Shown: positions 1 through 14,149, counted from the first letter of the whole stretch. The stretch is 57,397 nt of DNA, filler included, from Sphacelaria rigidula (GCA_964200075.2; 3 parts of 3 records of this genome joined end to end with filler, not necessarily neighbours in it), one strand, 5' to 3'. A program made the numbers and translations. The notes: a model not told the origin generated them from the letters alone.

Positions 1-951
1 ACAATCTTTTTTTAACAATCGTTGCTGCTGTAAACCGTTATCTGACTAAAACTTTTGATCACCAACAGGAACAAAATCCCCCCCCCCCCCCCCCTCTATC
101 GTAGGATGATTCATAACATGAATAAATATACCAAATGGCGTCACAATTGCGTCGTACGTCTTTCTTCCCCGGCCTTGCATGGCCGTAGATTTCAGACTGC
201 CACTACTGGCGTTAGGGGAGCCGTAGAATGTGCGTATCACCCTTGAAATTTGTTTTTTTTTCATCTCTAATTTGATTTCTTCATATACTCCTGTCACCGT
301 CCATTCATGAGCATAAACAAGGATCCAGATATCAACCATGCAATACCTCGTCCTTGCATGACATCCGATCGGCTCTTGTCCGAGTCTCTGACAACGTGTA
401 CGATTACTTGATGGTGCTGATTGAAGGGTGCTTTGGCTTGAAGGTGCCCTCATGAGCGAAATAAGGATGGGTTATGCGTGGGTCGGATGAGAAACGTCTG
501 AAACGAGGAGGACCCATATTTTTGACCACGTCTCGACTGGTTCGTAGTCCCACAAAAGATATCTTAATTGGTTCACTGTCGACGTCCGCCGTTCGCCGGA
601 AGCGATTTGTTCGTTGTGGTTGTGATATCATTTTTTTTTTTTTCCGTACTTTTGTGCTGGATACGTCCAATTTTGATGTAGGTCACCTCGATCGAGGTTT
701 CGTTTCATCAAGCTTGATCCATGTCACGTTGAAACAGGTTCCACCTCTGCTTTGCTGTCGTCTTGTTTACATCAAAGAAAACAGTCATGGGCACCTTTTC
801 ATATTCTCATGGCGGAATGGATGACGACTGGATTTTTGTTCTTCTCTAGGAGGTAGACGTGCCTCCAGCGGATGACTGGAAAAAGAAATAAAAAATTCGC
901 CTTTTTCCTCGATTCTATGGATCTTTTGACAACAATGATACTTTCGTTCAG

Positions 952-3900
952 GCAAATGTGCCTTCGGCATGAAGTGCAAGTTCGACCACCCCACTCACAA
1001 GAACCCTCCCGCCGGCGGCGCCCACTCTGCTACCCCGACGAACACGAACATGATGGCGGCCACTTCGCATCAGCAGAGTCCGGCGCAGGGCGGCAGAGCG
1101 GTGAGTCTTGGGATGGCGGGCAGTTCGCGTCGATCCGCGGGTCGTGGAGTTTCGATGTATCTCTTGAGCAGCGCTCTTTGTGGAATTGACTTCTTTCCAG
1201 TAGTTGTCTGCGACGGGCTTGGATGTGTCATCATTCGCGGAAAGGGTGACGGTATGGTGTGATCGGTCGCCGCGTGTATTGATGGGTGGTGTTCTATTAT
1301 TTGAAAGTGGTGAAGCGGACAGCACTGTTGACAGATGGCGGGCTTGCGTGATCGATCACCTGTATGGCATGGATACATGATGCTGGGTCCGCGTAGTGGT
1401 CGGTATGTGTCCCAGGTATGGCCTAGCTGTACACTCATGTTTCATCATGTTTTCCCCTCTCAACACACCCTTTGAGGAATGTCTATCGTTCACTGTTTCT
1501 TCATGTGGCATCATAATTCGTGTGCGTGTGTGATCGGTGGTCGCTAAACCATGCCTCTCCTGATATGGTGGGCACATGTAGTCGACCGTTTTAGGAAGTG
1601 TGTTCTCGTTTTTTTTTTTTTTTAATTTCAAAAATATTTCCTCCTCGAGGTGGGCATTGTTGTATGTTTGTTCTTGGATCACGACAAGCGAATATCCGCG
1701 TTGAATTACGCCAATATTTTCACCGGTGGTTTCAATGTGTTGCAGGGACCTCGGGGAACGAAAAGGGCCGCAACGACGGGCAAGGGGGGAAAAGAGGGTC
1801 ACGCTCCAAACGCGGGCAACAAGGTATGACGGTGGAGTATTCGCTCGCCGCGAAGGTTCCTTGCTACTTCCGTCAAATGAGAATGAAATCGTAGGAAGAA
1901 ACAGAACGCGGAATAAAACATGACTTCTATCACGCAATCAGATGGAGCAGGTTCATGGACTGAGTGAAGCTGGCACTCACCCAACCATTCTTGGATCGTT
2001 TGAATCCGAGCGGTGATCCACGCGTGGAATCGTCATTTCATTTTTCTTCATATTTTTAGTCAAAGGGACACCGTTTGAGGGGAGAACCATCTTTCGAATT
2101 TTACGTGTTGAGTGATGAACACCTGCTCTGCCATTACCGCCTGCTGGGAACTAGTCTGAGGTGCCGAAAGATCGACGATATGGTGTGGACGTTTCCCTCC
2201 TCGGTGTTGAGTGTCAATTTTGTTCGATGACTGTCCCGCCAACCCCTCGTCGTTATATTTGATTCTCATCTGTTGACTCCCGCTCCTGTTTTTGTCTTTC
2301 ATCAACAATCGACGTGTCCACAGGAGGCCCCAACTCAGGTGACCGCGCGGCACATTCTAATCAAGCACAAGGGGTCTCGTCGTCCGGCATCATGGCAGGA
2401 TCCCACGGGGGCCACTATCAAGCACAGGTCGGGTTTCCATCGCATTCGGCATTTCTCTTGTTGGCACAAACGAGTTGCGTTTTGTGTGTTTCGGTGGGAC
2501 CGGTCTCGAGAATCTGATTGTTGATATTCGAGTGGTCGTTTCCGATACTGCGGAGGATATTCAGAATCTCGCCACCTCAAAATCTGATCGTCCGCACGTG
2601 ACAATGAACTGCCCGCTGGGACACAAAATGGGGTAGACGTGAAGGACAACGACCTACAGTATGTTCGTAACATGACGTGTCAGGAGGTCTACGCGGGTGG
2701 ATGCGAGGCCCACCGCCAGTCGGGTATCGGCGTGCCACCTTTTTTTCTTGCATTGCCGCGTTCGTGTCTTCCTCTAGTGTAAGATTATAGTTTGGAATGA
2801 ATAGCAATCGTGCATAATACTTCCGGCACGGAGAAGTGATGTTCCAAGAAGTAGTCTTACTGCTCGATTTTATATCACCAGCACAGCACGTTTATGACAT
2901 CGTGTGCAATATACCCACCGACGTTGTTTTTCGCCACCCCTTACCCGCTTCCCACTCCTAGTTTTGCTATTTTTCGATTCGTCGTGTCCCTGGTTCCCCC
3001 TCCTACGGTGTCGTCTATGAATCCTACAGCTGGTGTAGCTCGTTGTGGCGTTAGAGTGATCAACACACTTCACTCACGAAGTGTCTCAGTTGCGACTGAC
3101 ATAACCAGAGTCACCCACCACTAGTTCTAGACTTTGAGAGCGCATGACGTGGAATTGCGATCTTGCCGATATTTTCACATCGAAGCGTATGGACGATTCA
3201 ACACTCGAATAAAAAAAAGAATCACCGAAGAAGCCACTCGTTGGGATAGTTACCCATGACTACGTGTCCTCGTGTTTGGGTATATACATTTTTCATGCAT
3301 GCGCAGGACGCCGGCGCAGGCAACCGCAATTCTTCAGGGTCTTCGTGGGGGCATCAAGACCATGGACGATTTCGCAAAGGTGGCCATGGCCAAGTCGGAC
3401 TGCAGCAGCGCCAAACGCGGCGGTGATCTCAGTTCGTTTGGGAGAGGCAAAATGCAGGCGAGAAAGAAAAAACGACGTCATGGCTGACCACATACCACCT
3501 GATTCAACGGGATCACAAGTCCCGTGGTCTCCGCTTATTTGCACTCATTTTTCGTGTCTGGCCGCCGACCGCTTGGACATTGCACGACGTGCGTACTGAG
3601 CCCGTGCGTGATCACAGGTATCCTCCCTGCTGTCGGGGAGGCCCATGCGTGATCCCAGGTATCAAGTCTTCATTGAATATTCGCATGTATGGTCATGCGT
3701 AAATGGATATTCGACTGTTGCAGATACAACATGAAGACGCTGTGAAAAACAACTGTACGTGCTGCCGCAGCGGTGCGACCGGTGGTTGTGTTGAATTTTG
3801 TGACGAAGGAGGTTGGCCCCTTGAATGATTGAACCGCGTATGCAGCTCGTGACCTTCATGTGACGTATAATAACCTTCTTTATTGCCTCTACGGGACACC

Positions 3901-6900
3901 GACACACAAATCTTCCATCTGTCTCTAACCACTCGGCCGCAACTCTGCCGAAGAACGATTGGCACACGAAGCCACGCTCGAACCTGCTCGACGACATTTG
4001 CATGGTGCTGGTGAACTAGTGTACCTGCAGTCGTATTTTGATATATAGCCTACTCGTGAAAATGAGAGAACATCGAGCAAGATTGGTTTTCCGTCGTCGC
4101 GCCATGAGCCAGCATGGCCACCACTTGATTACGAGATGGCCACCACGTTTTTGACGACATGCATGAGTTGACCGGTGGTGAGGTGGACACTTTTATGAGT
4201 AATCGACATTTGATTCGACTGCCAGTCATGAATTTTGTCGCAATTGAAGCATTCGGTCGTGCGTCAGCATTGTAAACACGATAAATGTCCTTGTCAGTTC
4301 AGGATGATGATATCTGACACAAACTGTCACGGTTCTTGATGGGGAACGAGAAAGAGCTCAACGTTGAGGGTTCCGCCAATTCTGCATCTCGAGACAAACT
4401 GGAATGGTTCGATTTCAGCAGGAACAGTTGATCCGACGTTAGAAGATGACAATAATCTTCTCTCGACCTCAAGCTCAAGAAATCGATGACATGTCTCTGT
4501 CGAGACCGTGTGTCTTGTGTCCGGTGACGACCTGTAGTGGGCATGTTGACTTTACCTGGCGCGATGAAGGTCGTCTGAAGCTTCCAAGCAGCTGTTCATT
4601 ATTGAGCTCTTTTTAAGCACGAAAGTGCCGTGGTACCGTCGACGGTGTATATCAGGCATGTGCTCGTACAAAGTTTTGCCAAAATAAAACCCTTTCTGCA
4701 CTGATATAACCGCCAGGGGGGCACGTGAGGTCGAAAGCCATCTTGCATCAGCTGGGGTGCAGCCCATACAAGGGTAAAAGGGCGGACCAACATACCAACA
4801 TGTGCTCTATCGCGAGTAGCGTCGACCTACATGATGACCGATTTACGTCCCCCACCATGACATAAAAGCAAAGGTGTACCACCCTGGATCGGAAGTCATT
4901 GAACATCATCTGGCAACGGTGTCTGCTGATATTTCCACCCGCGCTGTAACAACTTTCGCGACGTGAACACGTGGCGGGGATGTGCCGGAGACCTCACTGC
5001 GATGACTGGAACAACGGTTATGCCTAGGGAGCCAGGCTGTCTTAATTCTCTTGAAATGACTACTTGCCAAACGTGTATACGGCCAAGCCGTCTGAGAAGC
5101 AGACTTCCCTCCAGCCAGTTGTAACTGACGATCCATCGCGAGTTGTGCTTATCATGATACGTCATGATGTGCGAATCAACGCGCGTCTTGGCTTCACGTA
5201 GCACTGCGAGCAGCGCTGCGATATGACTAGTTCCCATCAAATGAAATGCGCAACTGCTGTTGGCTTCAAAGGTCACGAGAGTTGAGGGTAGCATGTATGG
5301 CTCAAATCGCACTTACGGTTACGGTAGTTTGTGCCGCGGCCGTTTAATGATGGTGCCAAAGTAGTTATGGTTGTACAAAAATGTATGTCCTGTAGACGCG
5401 CAGTGTCTGGAATGGTGCGCAGACGAAAACGGCGCGAAGGCGTCGCGCTTGTATAACCCGTCGTAGTTCCGGGTGACGTTGTTTTACTATTGAAGCGTGT
5501 GGACCAGTTTTCGACAGAAAAACGCTGTTTTGACCCTCAATTTCAGGTCGTTTTTCAAGAAATTTGGACATGATGTACGTGTGGAGCCCCTGCCGTTTCC
5601 CTCCCCATTATTCCTTTCCCCTCGTGAGAAACCGATGATCTGAATTTCACAATTACCCATTCTGGTACAAGAACGTCAACGATTTCTTGGAGAATGTCGA
5701 GGAGGGACGACAGGGACTTCATGACATGCCTCGTGCGCGTCGTGTCGAGATGTCGTGGAAAAAACTTGAAGTCGAACAGCACAACCGCGTTTCTTCTTTC
5801 CGTGGTTGGCCGATTTCACACAAATAACGGTATTCGACACGAACACGTGATGTAACAGCTCAAATTTGAGGCGTTTTCTGTGAAATCTCGCCACGATGTA
5901 CGGGATGTGTGAGCGTGGACTTCATCTCCTGCTCCTTACATTCGGTTTTCACCGTGAGTTATCGGCAACTGGACATCTCGGAACATTTTTCGGAACAAAA
6001 TCGTAAACTACTCTGGGCAAGAAATGTAACGGAAAGAAAGGGTTGTCCGGTCATTGCGTCCAGTACATCGTGTCGGGATCTCATTCAAATCGCCCCAAAG
6101 TTGAGCTGTTGAACCGCGTGCTGAGTATTGTGCGGCCCAGCCTGTGGTACGGAGCAAAGTCTCTCTGGCGTCTAATATATTTTCTCGAGAGTGACTTTCT
6201 TGGCTCTCGAGCTGGCTCAAAATCTCATCAACACTGAACTCTTACCATAAATGTTTAATCTGATCCAGATTGGATGAAGGTTGAAAAAACTCATGACATG
6301 GCCTGAGGGCAGGCAATCAACACAGCAGAGTGCACCTGGGTTCTTCGCCCGTTCACCTACAAAATGATGCACTCCCTGCTGTCCTTTGTTCTGTCGTGTG
6401 ATTGACAAACGGATGCGGATGAGACTTTCCGAAAACCGTCCAACCCTGAAAAATTGATTTGATCATTCGCCGAGACTCTCTGGCTCAGTCGCCATACTTG
6501 ATATTTCAGTGACATCGACTCCTGTGATTTTATTTCCACTGACTCACCGTCGGGCCTCCTATGGGCATCCCTCTCACGAAGAAGTATTCAGAGGTCGTGA
6601 AACGTCGATGTAATTACTAACTGCGTGAGCTTGCTCTGTATCACGAGCGTCGCGCGAACCTGCACTTGATACTTGCGTTGTGGGACACCCCTACGAAGAG
6701 GACAAAAGCCACTTGTTTCAATAGCTCACTTGTTTTGTCACGTCCACGGAACTAATCAAAGACCTTCGCTCAGCACTCCGTTCAGTTGTGATCAAAATTG
6801 ACTCCTTCGTACAGAGCCGGAAGCCGAGTCGCCGAAGACGTTCATGTCGAGGTCGTGTCGTGAAGTTCCCTCGGCTATTGAAGAGCTCATCGTGTGGCGT

Positions 6901-9900
6901 CCGTCCGTATAGTCAGCCCACGTTGATAAACCCACGTACACCTGTATATGGGTAAGTGCGGACCATACTGACAAGAAACATATGCAGGAGAAAAAAACAC
7001 TGTGGATGAATAGACACGTCATGAGTTGAGCACACATGCCGAGTAGTGGACGTATAATCTGTGTTCCTTTGATCGAGGAGCACTTCACGACGCTTTCTCT
7101 TGACGAGAAGAAAGCCCGCTCGTAACACGTCACAATATCTGGGGGAACGAAGGAGGCATTCGCGTAAATTGTCACGGCGGATCCAAGAAGCCTCACGCAC
7201 TGGGGAAAAACTAGGGCGCACTTTTGTCACGCCTGGTTTCAGTGTTGAAATGCGCACCCAACCAATCCCAGCTCAATCCTCTATTGCTTGCCGAGGAATC
7301 CATGTTGAGACACTGGCGTAACATGGTGCAACATGGGCACAGCAAGAGAACGAGCAGCAGCCTCTATTCTCGTGTTGTTGTGACCCTTTGTACAGATGCA
7401 CAGCAGTATCAGTAACGGGCCTTTCTGGATATATACTTCAGACTACGTTCCATATCGGCCGGATCGTGATCTCGAGTTGAAGCGTTTCTTCGTGACCGAT
7501 ACTGATTGGCTTTTGACCGTTGTTTTCTGCTGCAGCCAGGTGTCGACGTACACTTCTCCGAAATATAGTGCCCTAAATTGTTCTCTGTTCCCCCTCGTGA
7601 CTGTTTCACACTCTTACCCCACCCGTTTTTTTGTTCATCGAGCGTCCACCGGTTGGGAGAGCTCTTCCTGTATTACTCACATAACGCTATGTAGTGCTTC
7701 CGAGTGCGCCGTGAATGGCACTGAGTCACATCCGGGCTTACTCCCGAATCCGCACCGCTGGTTGGAAATGCGTTACGAATATTCGTGTCTTGTGTCTTGT
7801 AACTGCGTTTCGGGATTGCCGAATGCGGGGGCGACAGGGGCCCAAAATCTCGCACATGACCCAACATCCGCTCCATCTGGTGTTGGTAAACATTCTCATC
7901 CCTAAGAAAAAACGAGTGGTATCAAACTGGTGCGTGACAGTCGAAATGGTGCAGCGCATGGCGGCGAATGAAATATACGATGAGGGTAGATCAATCTTCC
8001 ACACTTTTATAGTGATGAGATGGTCCTGCATCCAAATGCAAACGGTTTCTCCACCATCTTACAACCTGTCGCCGACGTCCACGGTGTCGATGAATGTTGT
8101 CGAGACCATGGTGGTACAGTAAGTATTTGGTGCCACATTTGCTCTACACGACTCCCATGTGAAAGCTAAAAGAATACTTTCCATGGTTGAACACTCCATG
8201 CACAAGGAAGATGGAGTCCACCAGTTGTTTCATGAATACCCGCCAAGGGGAACAAAATATGTTCGTCCTCGTCTTGCGGCGAATTCCTGAGGAACAGTGT
8301 ATCCGACGCACACAAGGAAAGTGGATGAAGTCACCCCTCCTACCCTGTTTGAATTTTTGGCGACGCCTCATGTGTGCCCCAACCGAGTACAATTGTGCAC
8401 GTCAAGTCCTCTGCCAGTGATGACGAAATCGCCATGGTTCCCAATGGCCACAAGGGAATACTTGAAGTTGCTATTAAAAAATCTTTCGATACGAGGAAGA
8501 ACCATACTCGCCATTAATTTCGTTGTGTTGTTCCTCGTAACTAACCGACAGGGACGATCGGCATAAACTCATCATGGCACATGGGGTCATCCGACAGTCG
8601 ACTAGTGGTATTCTAAAAGTAGGTCGAACGCCCCACACTCCATCTGAAGTCACACATCATTTCAAGTATCCCGCCTAACTCGCACGGTGGCATCATGTGA
8701 TCTGAGATCTAATACAGTCCGCCGCATCCAAATCACAGTGCAATATCCACACGATTCGGAGGTACCATTGTGTGAACCCTGGCGCCGTGCACAGGTGTGA
8801 AATATCCACGGACAACGTCGTCCAAGACCACCCGTAGACCGGAGGGGGGGGTAGGGGGGGGGGGGCAAAACATTGGAATAGAAACTTCATGTATGTTTCG
8901 CGCGACAGTATTGAGTTCCATAATTTCCTAGTAAGGCGAGAAGCATCGGCATCATGAATCCAATTCAGCTGACAAGGGTAGGTGACCATGAGCGAGACTC
9001 CAAGTAAAGTCGCCATCAGATACCACCGGGTTTAGTCAGCACAGAGTAAATTTACAACGTTCCTGGTTCGCTCCAGCCTCGTCGATTGCTCCAGGTTTTT
9101 AGGAGGCGGCGTTGGCCGAAATAAGATGATCCCGGCACACATGACGATGTCTGGAACAGTATTTTTCGTCGCACCTGTCGTCCGTATGTGACCCGTAGTC
9201 AAAGTTGACGGCGGGAACACGAAGCGCGAGAGCTATCGGAAGGGGACGCATGTCGGTTTTTGTTGAGCCCAACAGCTTGCCGCCTGACTGTGTACGTTGG
9301 TATGTTGCAGAGCTGATGCCTGTGCTTTAACTGGTCATTTTTTGGTGCAGAGGACGGGAGTAGTTCTCCTGGAATTATCGGCGAGCGAATTTTGGCCGAA
9401 ACAAAATCGCGGGCTATGACACTAGCTCCGACATGCGCTGTAATGGCAATGCTGATGTGTGAACTTCAGCGATTCATTGCCGATGATACATCCCGGTATG
9501 CAGAAGTGTCTGGTACCTCGCATCTCGTGCTTCTTCGAGCTCATCATCATCCATGATTTCCTATGGCAATCGGGGAAGCCTTCAGGCACATTTATCTTGA
9601 ATGTGTGATTCACTCGTACGTTCTGACCACGAACACAACCGTAAAACGATTACTCGTGCTCTGAATTCCATACGATCACACACTGTTCCCGCGCGCGTTA
9701 AACTTTCTTCATCCACACTTGCTCGCCTGTGCCAATTATGCCTCCGGGCGAAAAACTGTAAAAAAAGCACTACATTTTTGTCTGCAGCCAAAAGTATGGT
9801 GCAAAGCTCCGGGTTCATGACACGATGAATCAAGGACAAGGGGAGGGGGGAGCACACGCGCTCTCATGGACGTCATGATTGACGGGGTCCCGTCGAATCT

Positions 9901-10555
9901 CGAGTTAACGGGAATTCAACCTTTGGTTGATGTGAAACAGTTCCGAGTACAGGCACGATGAGTGTGGTTCGTGCTGAAGAGGCACTTGGGAACGGCGATG
10001 ATATATCCCGAATGTCCGTCACACCAGCTTCTGTTTGGTCTTCGCAATTGTTCGCGTGAAATATGCTGAACCATGTGACGTCTTCATCACGACCGTGGAT
10101 CGAAATGTTCATGATGCGTTTTTAATTCCATGTGCAAACAAGCGCGTGGAAATAAGAAAAGATGTCCACGCGCGACATCGATAATCTTCGGCACAACCTA
10201 CCAACTAATCCGGAGTTTGTTTTTTCCGAGATGAGGCAAAACATAATTTGTTCCATTTCGTATCTAGATGTATGTTGATGAGTACAAGTGACGACAAAAA
10301 ATAATTTGGATACTTTTGACCAACGAAGTGATTCAACATGCTATATCCTCATCGTTTCCCCGTGATCTCTCTCCTTGTGTCAACTTCTTTTTTCGTGTTT
10401 ACTCCGGGGGGACCTACTTACAACTTGACGACCGTCACTACACAATAAACTAACAGCGCGCTTTCGAAGACGCTGCGTTTAACCTCAAGGTCGGAGGATT
10501 GAGTCAAGTGGTGTCCACCGACAGCGGTGTACACCTCATCATGCGCACGGCGTAA
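952..10555 (+). CDS. PIN1: Pin1-type parvulin peptidyl-prolyl cis-trans isomerase with upstream CCCH zinc finger (5'-partial, spliced)
   Basis: Exons 952-1100 (GKCAFGMKCKFDH, C-terminal part of a CCCH finger), 1746-1823, 2324-2427 (VTARHILIKHKGSRRPASWQDP), 3307-3457 (SDCSSAKRGGDLSSFGRGKMQ) and 10457-10555 (RAFEDAAFNLKVGGLSQVVSTDSGVHLIMRTA*). All phases are compatible and the last donor is GC. The rotamase motifs match Pin1/Ess1. Exon 1746-1823 is supported only by splice sites and phase. Confidence 0.92.
5150..5800 (-). pseudogene. Possible decayed tyrosine recombinase inside the 7-kb PIN1 intron
   Basis: Minus strand gives FDFK (~5770), FLEKRPEIEGQNSVFLSKTG (~5503-5562), SAHHSRHCAST (~5391-5423) and FHLMGTS (~5226-5246), interrupted by stops and frameshifts. 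Confidence 0.3.
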
Positions 10556-13500
10556 ATAAGAGCATTTTTTTGTGGGATGGGAAGTCGCCAAATCTCGCCC
10601 GCCACTATCTTCCCCCCCAATAATACTAGTCGACAAGCGAACACTGCTTGTGCTGACGGTTCGGGGGGAGGGGCGGACTGAGAGGCAAAAAGGGGGTGTG
10701 GAGGGTGAGGAGCAGAAGAGCGATGCACGGTCGGAGACCGCGGATAACGTGGAACGCGGCAAGGACAAGACCACTACGAAGACGACGGTGGAAAAGAAAA
10801 ATATACGGGAGATAAACAACGAAATACATACAAATATATACCACCGGCACACATCAAGCGAGATGATGGAAGAATTGATCGTCTGACACGGCTTGTGGTG
10901 TGTGCGAGGCTGGGTGAGCTGGACAAACCGAATACTCGTCACGACACGTGAAGCGTAACGATGTGTTTGGTCTCCTTTTTTTCCGGCAGTTTAATTTCAG
11001 TGGATTGTGTATGATCATCACTGTGCCACGCGGCACTTCAATATTCAAGGGAAAGAAAATATACATGATTTTGTGGTCTAAATCTCCGGCGTTGCCGCGG
11101 TGTGGTGGCACCCACCCATGAAAACTTGATGTTTGTTTACGGGGGGAGGAACCGTGTTTTTCCTCGAACCGGTACGATAAACTGAGGGAATTTGACACAC
11201 ACAAGAGGAGAACAAGGTGAACAAGCTCGTGTCACGGCGTTCTACTTAACAGTATGCAACGTGCAGTTTTTTATTTCGGCATATATCCGAAGACCGGATG
11301 CCCCTACGATCAATCTATGGGATATATACATATGTTTGAGTATGCGAGGTTGAAAAATATACGTCAAGCAAACACCACGGATGTGTTTTGTGTTTGAGAA
11401 GTTGCTACAGATATACAAGAGATATGATTTCAGTCGGTATGATTTTTGACTTGATTCCCGCGGCTAAGAAGCACATGCAACTTGGAGGGATATAAGCTCA
11501 CTCGTCGTTGACTGTAGTTTTTTGTCGACGTTGTGTCGTCCACACAGCGCGCACGCTACGGACTCCAGCTTTTCCTCAATTTTGCCCGGGCGAATTTTTT
11601 TGAGAGCACCCGGTCATCCGTTGGAGAAGTCAAGAACGGCGTGTGCCTGGGCAGTCGCGAACAAGGTGATGCCGACACATGGTCGGCATTGTCATGATTT
11701 TTCAGTATTAGTCAGTTGAAATCATGTAAAGCGATATGAAGGTGGAGTAAAAAGGCAGCTGCGAACAAGGCGATGTCGACACATTCGGCATTTCCGTAAT
11801 ATTTTTAGTACGATTCAGTGAAAATGGGTATATTTGCGGCACAGGGGTGAGTCCGATTTGGGAAATACTTGCGGACATCCGAGTTTAGTGCCAAAGAGAA
11901 CCCGTGTCGTATTTACACTGGAAATACGGGACGTGCTGGTCACGGTTACAACTCATCGACCATGGTCGAAATCCAACAGTAGCATGTCTCGTCAATTTTG
12001 AGTGTACCTTGTGTTTTGACTTTATGGGATGAGGCGAGTCGTGTCTGGTTTCTGGGGAGGGAACGGTGGACACTTTGACGAATGGACAAGGGATTTTATA
12101 AGGAACGGGACGAGAAGCGAGAGGGGGGGAAGAAGGAGGATTGATTTTTATCGCGTCCGGGTATCAACGTGGATTGTGTGGTCTTTGTGTCATTTCAACA
12201 TTTTTCCGCGACACAAGAGCGTGGTTGACGTCGCTTAACTTCTGTTCAAATCACCTGTTCAAGTGAGTTGAGATGCCGTCTGTCACCCCTTTTTTTGCGT
12301 GTGGCGGGTGGAGATGTTTCACAGTGGGAGTGCGCCGGTTTCTTGTGTTGGGTTCGTCACTCTGGTTTTCGTTCACGTTTGCTCTGTTCGCTGTTCACGT
12401 AGCAATGGCAAGCTCTTGGCTGCACATGAATGTAGTACATCAAAGTTTGTCGGAGAGAGAATTTGGCACATTCATTCCGTGCGACGGCGAGCCTTACAGG
12501 GCTGTAACGTGATACTATTCGTATGAAGGTCATAACAGGGGTGAGATTTGTCATCAGTCGATTGTACTGTTTCTTGTTATTGATTTTCACATGACTGACG
12601 CTGCGCATCGTTGATTCCCTGCACTCCTCGTGCGAGGTTGTATGTCGTCGCGATTCTTCATGAAAATACGTCAGCGTCATGGATTGTTGGGAGATTGGTG
12701 TCATAATAAAAAAGCTCGATTGTGGATATCTTGGCTTCACGGTCTCAGCAAAGGAGTGATGGCCATTCGAAAGTGGACAGCGCACTTTGAATTTCGTGCC
12801 TCGTTTGATCATGTCCACTAGTTGACGTTCCAACAGGGATTTGCATCCATCCGGCTGGTCATGTCTGGATCAGATCTCTCAAATGCCGATGCCGGGTTCG
12901 TTTCTCCCAACACGGCATCCTGCAAAACTTGCCTAATTTATTTTACTTCGAAGTAGGCACATGGTGTATGCCCGAAACAAGTGACTCGGGTTTTGCCTGT
13001 TTCGGTTAAACTGTTGATCGTTGATGTGAAGTGACGTTTCTTCAAATATGGAAGTAGTTGCAAGAATGAACAGACTGACTTCTCTTGACGGTCATCACAA
13101 ACGGACGCACTTACCGCACCGTGACGTGATTTTTTGTTATTCGACGAATACATATCCTCGCTCGGCCCTTGACTCTCCAGGTACGTGTGATTGTGCCATG
13201 ACACGTTGTCGAATAAAAACTCCTGCTCATGAAGCGCGCGACTGGGCGCTAACTTTTGATCCGTTTTCTTGACGAGGTCTTGAGCATAACAATATTTCGT
13301 AGCTGATATTCATGCTTATGGTTTCGAGGCGATAGATCGAGTGTTGTTGTCGATACCCGCATGACACGTCGATGCTATCTTGAGGTCGTGCGCCCTCTTT
13401 CGCCTCCGCTGATGTAACGGTTTGTAAGGGTAGCCTGAAAAAAAGTTGGGAGTACGGGTCGCAACACTAACAGAAAACGAAGAAACGTGACATCAGTGGG

Positions 13501-14149
13501 GATGACCAGAATCTCGGTACAATTTTTGTCAATGATGATATGCTTCGCACTGTACGTGATGGCCACATGAGCTCTTTTCCCGATGGTGCCGCCGCCGTCA
13601 TGAGCCCGGTCTTGTCGAAAGATCTCGCAGCTCCGCTCAACCTGCGCGATTGTCTACGCGAAATGCAACCTGTCGTCACTTCATGGATTCCCCATTCAAC
13701 GATGTCGTCGGTGGAGGGAAATTGTGTAGGTGATCATATTGTTACGATCGTTCATTTTTCCGGAAGCGGTGGTGATTAGGTCCACGACTGGATTCCTCCT
13801 CATTCTCCGACGTCTTGAATGCATCGGGTTTCCCGCGCCGGGGAACAGTATTCAGCGCGGCGAAACAACTTCGTGTGTTCCGACTTGGTGACTTCGAGTG
13901 TTGAAAGAGGTACCAGCCGTACGGGGAACAGTGCGAGTTAATATGCTAGACGCAATTGAAGCTCGTTACAAGTATTTCAGGATTTTGCGTTGACGGCGCG
14001 AAACTACTCGATACAACTTTGTCCTGAGACCAAAGGAGAGATTCATGCACCCATGGGCGGGGCAAAGCAATACCCTCGTTGACTTGGACACAGTACGTGG
14101 AGCACGTGTAAACATGATGATCACTCGGATGCAGGAAAAAAAAAACATG

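Noticed and set aside
3600..3663. Two 23-bp direct repeats (gccc.tgcgtgatc.caggtatc) with an 18-nt spacer, CRISPR-like
   Set aside because: Only two units, inside a eukaryotic intron, with no cas genes; a simple local duplication.
8700..8760. WILHCDLDA resembling a Y-family polymerase motif
   Set aside because: Isolated short match with no following conserved motifs.
3660..10400. LTR retrotransposon as the explanation for the 7-kb intron
   Set aside because: No LTR pair, PBS, YxDD reverse transcriptase or integrase motifs were recognisable.
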